Origin: an uncultured Dehalococcoidia bacterium
GTDB lineage: Bacteria; Chloroflexota; Dehalococcoidia; SM23-28-2
DNA: 42,096 bases
Direction: 5' to 3'
Assembly (NCBI GenBank): GCA_964354065.1
Contig: CAYGYF010000001.1
Span: forward strand, 1 to 42,096
Shown: one piece after another, positions 16,452 through 23,707 of the stretch
Position numbering within the stretch: the first letter of the stretch is position 1
Layout of the letters: every line of letters begins with the position of its first letter
Notes under the pieces: model-generated
Seen by the model: only the letters and a program-made list of their open reading frames with translations
What the model was told of the DNA's origin: nothing
Databases searched by the model: none
Translations under genes and position numbers: made by a program

Positions 16452-17054
16452 CTACGTCGGCGGGTCGAATCTCGCGACGACCTTCGCGAGTGCTCTCTGG
16501 AATCTGGGCAGGTTCCGATGAAAGGCCGGAACCAAGTAGGGCCGCGGAGAGATGCCCGGGTGGATGACGCTACGCACCACCACGTCGGCCGCCACTCTGC
16601 TCCGGTCCCATCCCCGCGCCGTCAGCCGCTTGCCCTTCATCGGCCGATAGAGATTGCGTCCCATCCTCGCCTGCCCGCTCGCCGTGATGCGGAACTCCTT
16701 GCCCACTGGACTCGCCCAGGCCAGCGCCCTCTTGAACCGCGGCTCGATCACGTACTTGGCGTGCCGCGGTCCCCAGAGGCCGGTGCCGTACTCCAGGTGC
16801 GGAGCGTAGGGCACGTTGGTGCCGATAGTCGCACTCACGTCAGCGCCGCTAGCGCGCAGCACCGTGTGGAGCGAGGACCGCAGGACGTTGGTCGAGACCG
16901 GGATGGCCATCTTCGCCTCGCGCTCGATGCGCAGGGCGTAGACCCCGACGAGGCCTACCAGCCGGGCGTGCATGCCGTTGCCGTTCTCGGCCATGCGCGC
17001 CGCCCACCGTTTAGCCTCGGTCGCATTCGTCAGTCGCGCGACTATCCCGATCAT
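16452..17054 (-). CDS. HK97 gp10-family head-tail joining protein
   Basis: ATG 17054 overlaps the upstream stop (ATGA). IPVSTNVLRSSLH...TNVPYAPHLEYGTG matches the gp10-family pattern (P-V-x-T-G-x-L-R-x-S ... Y-A-x-x-x-E-Y-G). Confidence 0.7.
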   Translation of the reverse strand: MIGIVARLTNATEAKRWAARMAENGNGMHARLVGLVGVYALRIEREAKMAIPVSTNVLRSSLHTVLRASGADVSATIGTNVPYAPHLEYGTGLWGPRHAKYVIEPRFKRALAWASPVGKEFRITASGQARMGRNLYRPMKGKRLTARGWDRSRVAADVVVRSVIHPGISPRPYLVPAFHRNLPRFQRALAKVVARFDPPT

Positions 17055-17422
17055 GGTTGCCACTTCCGCAGGCCGGATTCCATCACGTGTGCAGTGCCCG
17101 CGGCCGCCGGCGCCGGGTCCCACGGATTGAAGAACTTGCTCGGCCCGGCATGGACGCGATACGAGACGTTGGCGACCACCACCAGGTCAGTCTCCCGCAG
17201 GTCGGCCTCCTCGGTATACATCACCGCATCACTCTCGACCATCGCCCCCACCGCCGATTCCTGGAAGGCCTTGCCCGAGGTCACCAGCATGCAGGGCAGC
17301 GCGGCGATATCCGGGATCGCGGGATACGCCTCGAGCTGCTGCCCGTCGGCCTCGGTGGTTAGCGCCAGGTGCGATACCGCCGCTCTCTGCACCAGCATCG
17401 CCAGCAGGATAGGATCGCTCAT
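17051..17422 (-). CDS. head-tail adaptor/head closure-like protein (123 aa)
   Basis: ATG 17422 lies 1 nt after the upstream stop. The call rests on position and size within the connector block. Confidence 0.5.
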   Translation of the reverse strand: MSDPILLAMLVQRAAVSHLALTTEADGQQLEAYPAIPDIAALPCMLVTSGKAFQESAVGAMVESDAVMYTEEADLRETDLVVVANVSYRVHAGPSKFFNPWDPAPAAAGTAHVMESGLRKWQP

Positions 17423-17423
17423 G

Positions 17424-18149
17424 TCACGCCTTCTGCCCCGGCACGCCAAGGAACGCCTTCGAGACCCAGGCCTTCTCCATCGCGTCCGCGCGGTTGAGCA
17501 TGGCCGTCACGATGCCGGCGAGGGAGGCCGAGTCCTTCGTGTAGGGGCCGAGGGTCAGGCGGCCGCCCGATGCCAGTATGGTCAGGCCCGAAGCGGTGGC
17601 CACAACTCCCAGGGCACAGAACTCCAGCGCTTCGACGAGAAGGTCCTCATCGCCCGCCGGCACGGTGCTCGCGTCCGGGTAGGGAAATGTCCAGAGCCAG
17701 GCGAGGGTATCGTTCGCGGCCGGCGGTGGAGTAAGGCGGACATTCTGGCCCGGCGAGTCCTGGACGAATGAGGCCCCGAATTGCCTCCCCCAGGCGTCGA
17801 GTTGCCCTCGGTAGATATCGACCTGCGAGGGCTGATGGAACTCGATGATCACGTCGCCGAGCTGCTGGATAGGGTACGCGGGCACGAATCCGAGCACAGA
17901 TGCCCAGAGGTCAAGCACATCATCCGAATAGGGCTGCACATCGAGGCAGATGTGGCCCGAGACGGCACCGCTGGTCGGCGGCGGATACTCCTCCTGTCCG
18001 GCGATGGCCGAGAAGGTCAGCAGGAGGATGCGCGGCCGCTGGCGGGAATACGCCTGCACCGCTCCCGCCGCGGCCGCGGTCAGTTGCGCGGCGCTCAGTC
18101 CGGTGATGCCCAACAGTGCCGCCTGCGCCTCGAGCTGTGCCTGGGTCAT
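17424..18149 (-). CDS. putative head-tail connector protein (241 aa)
   Basis: Track ORF. The N-terminus LLGITGLSAAQLTAAAAGAVQAYSRQ resembles gp6-like connector N-termini. ATGA overlap with the upstream gene. Confidence 0.45.
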   Translation of the reverse strand: MTQAQLEAQAALLGITGLSAAQLTAAAAGAVQAYSRQRPRILLLTFSAIAGQEEYPPPTSGAVSGHICLDVQPYSDDVLDLWASVLGFVPAYPIQQLGDVIIEFHQPSQVDIYRGQLDAWGRQFGASFVQDSPGQNVRLTPPPAANDTLAWLWTFPYPDASTVPAGDEDLLVEALEFCALGVVATASGLTILASGGRLTLGPYTKDSASLAGIVTAMLNRADAMEKAWVSKAFLGVPGQKA

Positions 18150-18433
18150 ATCGCGCTCACTTTCGCGTCCGCTGCCGTCGCCTCGACAACGCGGCCGCAG
18201 TACCGGCAGCGATAGCGCGGCGGCTGCGCGACCTCGCCCTGCTCCCGCCGCAGTCGATCCGGCGAGTGGTCGATGTGGTCATCGCCCGCGGCCGCGCCCG
18301 CGAAGGCCCCATACCGACTGTACTCGCACTGCGGGCAGGTGTCCGCGGGAAGACCCAGGTTCACCTCGCCCGCTGGCGCGGGCATGACTGCTGCCACCAC
18401 TTTCCTCGTGATATCTGCGAGAGTCGTCGCCAT
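18146..18433 (-). CDS. Cys4 zinc-ribbon-like small protein (95 aa)
   Basis: Track ORF. Contains CPQC ... CRYC pairs. Confidence 0.55.
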   Translation of the reverse strand: MATTLADITRKVVAAVMPAPAGEVNLGLPADTCPQCEYSRYGAFAGAAAGDDHIDHSPDRLRREQGEVAQPPRYRCRYCGRVVEATAADAKVSAI

Positions 18434-18434
18434 G

Positions 18435-19430
18435 TTAGCTCCTCGGCAGCCCGATCAGGTCTCGCCAGGCCGCCTCCCACTGGTCGAGGTTGTTCCGCTC
18501 TACCGACCACCGGCGGGCCTCGGGCCCCATTAGGTCGCGCTGCTGCAGTGCCTCAGCGACGGCGTCGGCCCACTTCGCTGCCGGCGCGTCCGCACCGTCC
18601 GGCACGATCAGGCCCCATCCGTACAGGTCGAGCCGCACGGCCTTCGGGTAGGCGAACAGCCCGGCCGGGCTCACCACCATCGGCAGTCCGCAGGCCATCG
18701 CCTGCAACGCGGCATAGGAGTTGCCCTCCGCCCGCGACGCCGAGAGGAACACATCCCCCTGCGCCATGCGCGCGGCCTCGGATCCCGTCTCGCCGCCGAG
18801 CTGCCGGAACTCCACGTCGGGCAGTAGCCCCCGGAGCGCGGCCACCACATCGCCGCCTTTGCGCACACCCTCGGATGGATAGAGCACCAGCGGCCGCGTG
18901 CGCGGGGTCTTCTCGCGAGGCCGCGGGCGGAACTCATCGGTGTCAACCGCGTTCGGGATCACCGCCACCGCCTCGACGCCGTAGTGCTCGCGCAGTTCGA
19001 TGCGCGTCTTCTCGGAGACGGCTACCACCTTGCGGCGCGCGTACTCTGCCGCCTGGATCTCGCCAAGGCGCGCGGCGTGGGCGACGAAGGGCGGATCTGC
19101 CGCACTGTCCGCGGCGAATCCTCGCCATGTCCCATGCGCGACGGAGTAGACGTCATAGGGCGGAGCCGCCGGCAGTCCTCGACCCCAGAATCCGTCGACG
19201 ATCACGGCCTTGGCACCGGCCAAGGCGCCAGACTCATGGAGCCAGGCTGAGAGTTGCTCGGCCGCGTTGACCTCGGCCACGCCGCCACGGTATCCCTCCG
19301 GGTGACTCGACCAGGCCCAGACCGCCGCCCCGAGACGCTGGCGCGCGTACTCGCCGAACACGGGCACGCCGCCGCTGTGGAAGTCCGGCGCATCCCGCCG
19401 GAACCACGCAATATGATGGACCTTGCTCAC
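18435..19430 (-). CDS. glycosyltransferase, GT-B fold (GT4-like)
   Basis: GTG 19430 is preceded by GAGGAGG and overlaps the upstream stop (GTGA). SASRAEGNSYAALQAMACGLPMVVS corresponds to the GT4 E-x7-E region. AVIPNAVDTDEFRP is typical of this family. Confidence 0.7.
   Translation of the reverse strand: MSKVHHIAWFRRDAPDFHSGGVPVFGEYARQRLGAAVWAWSSHPEGYRGGVAEVNAAEQLSAWLHESGALAGAKAVIVDGFWGRGLPAAPPYDVYSVAHGTWRGFAADSAADPPFVAHAARLGEIQAAEYARRKVVAVSEKTRIELREHYGVEAVAVIPNAVDTDEFRPRPREKTPRTRPLVLYPSEGVRKGGDVVAALRGLLPDVEFRQLGGETGSEAARMAQGDVFLSASRAEGNSYAALQAMACGLPMVVSPAGLFAYPKAVRLDLYGWGLIVPDGADAPAAKWADAVAEALQQRDLMGPEARRWSVERNNLDQWEAAWRDLIGLPRS
19344..19412. repeat. 69-bp direct repeat, copy A (67/69 identical to 21361..21429)
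   Basis: Hand alignment gives two mismatches. Encodes IAWFRRDAPDFHSGGVPVFGEYAR at the N-terminus of the GT4 gene. Confidence 0.9.
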
Positions 19431-20038
19431 GACTTCCTCCTCGCCATCCAGCATTGATCGACGACCTCGACCGCCTCGTAGTCCCCGCCCTGCGCGAGTC
19501 CGTCGCATACCGATACCACTCCCGGATAGCCCTCCCGATAGTCATGCAGGCAGAGGTAGCCGCCCGGCAGCACCCAGGGAGCGAAAGCCCACACATCGCG
19601 TGACGCTCCCTCCTCGCTGTGGTCGGCATCGATGTGGAGGAGCGCCACCCCGCGATTCCAAGTCCTGGCCACGTCTCTGGAGTCGGCCTGCATCGAGTAG
19701 ATCATGCCCGGGTATCCGAGGGAGGCGATGTTGATCTCAAACCGCCGCAGGTCCTGACCCGAGTACCATGTGTCAACCGCCCAGATCGGCGGCACCTTGT
19801 CCGCATGCAGGAGCGCGTGCGCGATGAAGCACAGGCTCCTCCCCTGCAGCGAACCGATCTCCAGGATGGGACCGTCCGGTGCCTGCACCGCGCACTCGCC
19901 CAGTGCTAACCCCTCGGCGAGATCGTACTGGCCCCACACCGACCAGAGGTGCCACCAGGCGCGCTCGCCGAGGGGGAAGGCTTCAGCGAGGGACTGATAC
20001 TCTGCGGCCCGGTCGCCGTAGATGTGCTGGAGGCTCAT
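19427..20038 (-). CDS. class I SAM-dependent methyltransferase (Methyltransf_24/CmcI-like)
   Basis: ATG 20038 overlaps the upstream stop. ILEIGSLQGRS (motif I-like) and LLHIDADHSEEGASRDVWAFAPWVLPGGYLCLHD are typical of this O-methyltransferase group. Confidence 0.65.
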   Translation of the reverse strand: MSLQHIYGDRAAEYQSLAEAFPLGERAWWHLWSVWGQYDLAEGLALGECAVQAPDGPILEIGSLQGRSLCFIAHALLHADKVPPIWAVDTWYSGQDLRRFEINIASLGYPGMIYSMQADSRDVARTWNRGVALLHIDADHSEEGASRDVWAFAPWVLPGGYLCLHDYREGYPGVVSVCDGLAQGGDYEAVEVVDQCWMARRKS

Positions 20039-20862
20039 AACGCGCACTCCTCGGGTTGCCCATCCGCGGTGAAGGTCGGCAGGCCGCGCGCAGTCGCTTC
20101 CTCCGCTCGCATGAACCACCAGGGCATCCCGCCACCATTCGCGACGATCACCCAGCCGGCCTGCTCGAGGACCGGCAGCAGGCTGTCGGTGTAGACGTGA
20201 ACCGGATTCCCGTCATCCTTCGGCCGCCCAGTCACCCCGGAGCTGCAGATCGCGATGCGTGCCCGGTCGAGGAGTTGCCGCAGGACCGCCGGCGCGTTGG
20301 CGATGTGCTCGAGGACCTCCAGGCAGAGTACCGCGTCCCAAGTCTCGCTGCTCTCCAGCACCGCCTCCGGGTCCCTGGGCCGGTGGGTGTTCAGGTCGAG
20401 TCGACCGCCCAACCGCCAGCACAGGAACTCCCGCGCATCGCCAGGCAGGTCGCAGTAGGTCACCGGCACGTCGAGTTGGGCCGCCAGGTGCAGGCCGATC
20501 TCGCCGACGCCGCTGCCGAAGTCGAGCACTGATCGCACCTGCAGGCGCTCGCACATCTCCCGCACCGACTCGGGCCATCCGTATTCCCACTCGCAGAGCG
20601 CCCAGTTCAGCCAGTTCCAGACCGAGTCCTGGCCCGAGGAGGCGCCCAGGGCGAAGAGCAGCGCCCCTCGCGTCACGCCGAAGAACTGCTGGGCCTCGAG
20701 GCGGAGCTGGGCCATCCGGTCCCGGGTGCAGGCCGACGTCCACTGCGAGGGACCGGCCCCGGCTGCGCTGGTGGCGGCCAGTGGCTCGCATCCGCCCTGG
20801 GGCTGGTCTACCCCGCCGGGCTCCTCCTGATCGCGCTGCCGCAGGAAGGTGTCCGTCGTCAT
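20035..20862 (-). CDS. class I SAM-dependent methyltransferase
   Basis: Track ORF. VLDFGSGVGEIG (motif I) and WDAVLCLEVLEHI (motif post-II/III). Confidence 0.7.
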   Translation of the reverse strand: MTTDTFLRQRDQEEPGGVDQPQGGCEPLAATSAAGAGPSQWTSACTRDRMAQLRLEAQQFFGVTRGALLFALGASSGQDSVWNWLNWALCEWEYGWPESVREMCERLQVRSVLDFGSGVGEIGLHLAAQLDVPVTYCDLPGDAREFLCWRLGGRLDLNTHRPRDPEAVLESSETWDAVLCLEVLEHIANAPAVLRQLLDRARIAICSSGVTGRPKDDGNPVHVYTDSLLPVLEQAGWVIVANGGGMPWWFMRAEEATARGLPTFTADGQPEECAL

Positions 20863-21116
20863 CTCGCCACCAACCTCGACGCGATCTTACCCGCCGCCCG
20901 CTTCCGGGCTCGCCGCGTCATGTGCAGACCGCTCGCCCCGCGCACCGCCTCGAGCCAGATGCTCGATAGCCCGAGGAGGCAGTCGGCGAAGTCCCCGTAC
21001 CGCGCGGACCGCACCGTCGTCCGCCACCAGAACCGCAGCACCCGCCGCTGCATCACGTAGCGGTAGCCGCCCTCGACCTGCTCGATTAGAACTCTACGCC
21101 TGAGCATCTTTGTCAT
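20859..21116 (-). CDS. small basic hypothetical protein (about 85 aa)
   Basis: Distal part of track ORF 20859..21296. Candidate ATGs at 21116 and 21107. Its stop overlaps the methyltransferase start (ATGA). Start choice is uncertain. Confidence 0.4.
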   Translation of the reverse strand: MTKMLRRRVLIEQVEGGYRYVMQRRVLRFWWRTTVRSARYGDFADCLLGLSSIWLEAVRGASGLHMTRRARKRAAGKIASRLVAR

Positions 21117-21516
21117 CCCCATGCTTCGCCGCGGCACTCCGCGCGAGTTCCGCCCCCACATCGAGGCCCAACCGAAGATCGGCGATGGCCGCGAGAGCCC
21201 GTTCCCGCTTACCTCTGGGGCCCAGGTCTGGAATCGCGACCGTCCACCCCTTGCGTTCGATGGTCCCCGATGCGCCCACGCAGTCCAGTTGTACACTGAA
21301 GCCTACCACCATGGTCGGCTCACCATTGACAGTCACCGAAGACCCCTCGAGGCGCAGCCTCGCGTATTCGCCGAACACCGGCACGCCGCCGCTGTGGAAG
21401 TCCGGCGCATCCCGCCGGAACCACGCAATGTAGCCCCTGTCTATCACGATATAGATCCGCGTCGCATCCGGGTTGAACCGCCCGGAAGGTTCCGCCCCGC
21501 CGTTCGTCTCTCCCAT
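21094..21516 (-). CDS. hypothetical protein (140 aa) sharing a 24-aa segment with the GT4 N-terminus
   Basis: ATG 21516 overlaps the upstream stop by 1 nt. MGETNGGAEPSGRF...IAWFRRDAPDFHSGGVPVFGEYAR is identical to the start of the 18435..19430 product, after which the two diverge. Confidence 0.55.
   Translation of the reverse strand: MGETNGGAEPSGRFNPDATRIYIVIDRGYIAWFRRDAPDFHSGGVPVFGEYARLRLEGSSVTVNGEPTMVVGFSVQLDCVGASGTIERKGWTVAIPDLGPRGKRERALAAIADLRLGLDVGAELARSAAAKHGDDKDAQA
21361..21429. repeat. 69-bp direct repeat, copy B
   Basis: See copy A at 19344..19412. Confidence 0.9.
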
Positions 21517-23642
21517 CAGTCGCTGCCTCCTTGCTGTGCCGCCTGCCATCGTGCCAGCCTCCCTCTGAATACCTGCTCGTCGTGGTCCCAGGCCGCCTTC
21601 GTCCCCTCCGGCCGCCGCCCGCCGCCCGCCACGAAGTGCCAACCCACCGCGCCCGTGTCTACGAGGAGGCGATGCCCGCCCAGCAGGTGCAGTCGGATCG
21701 ACGCGTCTGACTCCTCCCGCTGCCCGAACCGCGAGTAGCAATCCGCGAATCCGCCCGGCTCTCCCGGTAGGTGGGCCTCCTCCAGGTAGCGACTCCGGTA
21801 CATCCACGTCGAGTACAGGTGCTCGCACTCGACCACCTCGCCGGCGCCGCGCCACCAGCGCATCTGCAGCGGAGCCGCTCCCACCAGCATCTCGGCGATG
21901 CGGTTGTCCATGCCGCGCTTGCCGCGGTGGGCGGCATAGTCCAGTTCCTGCGCATTCCACTCCGGGTAACTGCCGCCCACTGCACCCACGTCGGCGGCCC
22001 GGTTGATCAGCCGATAGAGGCGCTCGCTGAAGTCGGCCGTGGCCGGCAACACATCATCGTCGATGCGCAGCACCAGGTCCGTACCCAACCACCGCCGCGC
22101 TATCTCGTGGTTCTGCGATGCACCCTTGCCTGAGCCCGCCACCACCTCGGCGCGAATCCCACGGTGTTTCATCAGCGCCACGAGGTGCGCGATGGCCGGG
22201 TTCTGCGCCAGGCCGCCGCCGTCATCCACGATGCAGACGGCTTGCGGCAGTCTCGTTTGGCAGAGGAGCGCGCCGAGGAGGGCCGCGAGATAGCCAGGTC
22301 GGTCCCGCGTGGGGATGCCTACCCCGAGGGTCTCATCGGCCGTGATAGGGGAGGGGGGAGGTACTGCCGGCGAGGAGGTGACGGCCGCCGGGCGGGGGTG
22401 ACCGTCGTCGTTCGACAGCACCTCGACCCCCACGTCCAAACCCAACACACCCGCGAACCCGCGCGCCATGCGCGCGTAGGAGAACCGCTGCCGGAGGCCG
22501 TTGGCCTCGGCGACCTGGTGGGCCTCACGCCGCGGCTCCTCGACCATACGGCGCATCCATACCACGATCTCGTCCACGTTGGCATCGGCCCAGTGAGGTT
22601 CCTCGCCGGGGCCCCACCAGTGCGGATTCGCCTCGTTCCGGGAGAGGGTGTAGCCGAATAGGGTCGCATTCTCGGGCGTGGTATAGTCGAGTTGGCCCGA
22701 CCAACCGGTGGTGCCCAACCGACACCCGCAGGCGAGCGCCTCCAGTCCGGTCAGTCCGAACCCCTCGCAGCGTGACGGCATGATGTAAGCGCCGTGCTGC
22801 GCCGCGCGCCGGTAGGTCGCAGCGATCTGGGCTGGCTCCCAGGTGTCGTAGACGTAGGTGAGTTCAGGGGCCTTGTCCCCGAGGCGCTTCCGCCAGGCCG
22901 CGACCTGCTCCTGGCACCACCCTTTGCGGCCCCAACCGTAGTCGTAATCCTTGAGCACCAGCGTCACGGGATCGTCACGGTCAAAGGCCTTGCCATAGGC
23001 CTCCAGCGCCAGGTCGAACCCCTTGCGCGGATTCTGCGCGCCGAGGGAGAGGAAGACAAACCGATTGCCGGCGAGGTCCGCGACCGGGCCCTCGGGCCGG
23101 TAGAGGTCGGTGTCGATGCAGTGGTTGACCACATGGCAGCGTTCCGGCGCGATCCCCGATCGCACCAGCGCGTCCCGGATCGCCTGCGAGCCGCAGATGA
23201 TCCCGTCCCACGCGCGCAGGAGCGCGATGTGCGAGGCCGGGAACATGTCCGCGTCCGGGTGCGGCCACGCGAAACGCCCCGCGGGTCCCTCGAATGTGGC
23301 GCTGTTGCACAGGTAACTCTGGCCGGTCTGGGCCTGGTCTGTCGCGCGCCAGGGGAACCGGTCGACTCGCACGCCCAGGGTGCGCAACGCACGCGATAGG
23401 CCTTCGGTCAGCAGGCAGAGTGAGTGCCCGCAGGCCGGCTTGCACAAGGTGTCGCCATGCCCGCGGGAGATGCCTCGGTAGAACGCGATGGACTTCGCGG
23501 TATCGAGTTCGGCCACCACCGCCACGTCGGGCCAACCCGCGGCGATCTCCAGAGGGACCCTCGCCGTCCCGCCCGGCTCGATCACGTAGATGCCATGGAG
23601 TTGTTTGATTCGCGTCGTGTTCTGCACCAGCACATCGGCCAC
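21516..23642 (-). CDS. two-domain glycosyltransferase: N-terminal GT-B (GT4-like) fused to C-terminal GT-A (GT2-like)
   Basis: GT-B signature: PSRCEGFGLTGLEALACGCRL. GT-A signature: GVGIPTRDRPGYLAALLGALLCQT, IVDDGG, RIDDDV (DxD). The start is ambiguous: GTG 23642 has GAGGAG 6 nt upstream, and ATG 23681 is the alternative. Confidence 0.75.
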   Translation of the reverse strand: MADVLVQNTTRIKQLHGIYVIEPGGTARVPLEIAAGWPDVAVVAELDTAKSIAFYRGISRGHGDTLCKPACGHSLCLLTEGLSRALRTLGVRVDRFPWRATDQAQTGQSYLCNSATFEGPAGRFAWPHPDADMFPASHIALLRAWDGIICGSQAIRDALVRSGIAPERCHVVNHCIDTDLYRPEGPVADLAGNRFVFLSLGAQNPRKGFDLALEAYGKAFDRDDPVTLVLKDYDYGWGRKGWCQEQVAAWRKRLGDKAPELTYVYDTWEPAQIAATYRRAAQHGAYIMPSRCEGFGLTGLEALACGCRLGTTGWSGQLDYTTPENATLFGYTLSRNEANPHWWGPGEEPHWADANVDEIVVWMRRMVEEPRREAHQVAEANGLRQRFSYARMARGFAGVLGLDVGVEVLSNDDGHPRPAAVTSSPAVPPPSPITADETLGVGIPTRDRPGYLAALLGALLCQTRLPQAVCIVDDGGGLAQNPAIAHLVALMKHRGIRAEVVAGSGKGASQNHEIARRWLGTDLVLRIDDDVLPATADFSERLYRLINRAADVGAVGGSYPEWNAQELDYAAHRGKRGMDNRIAEMLVGAAPLQMRWWRGAGEVVECEHLYSTWMYRSRYLEEAHLPGEPGGFADCYSRFGQREESDASIRLHLLGGHRLLVDTGAVGWHFVAGGGRRPEGTKAAWDHDEQVFRGRLARWQAAQQGGSD

Positions 23643-23707
23643 TGCCCGCTCCTCGCCCCGCAGGATGGGGCGGCGCACCATCCAGGCTACGCCGCCCCGA
23701 CAGTCGC

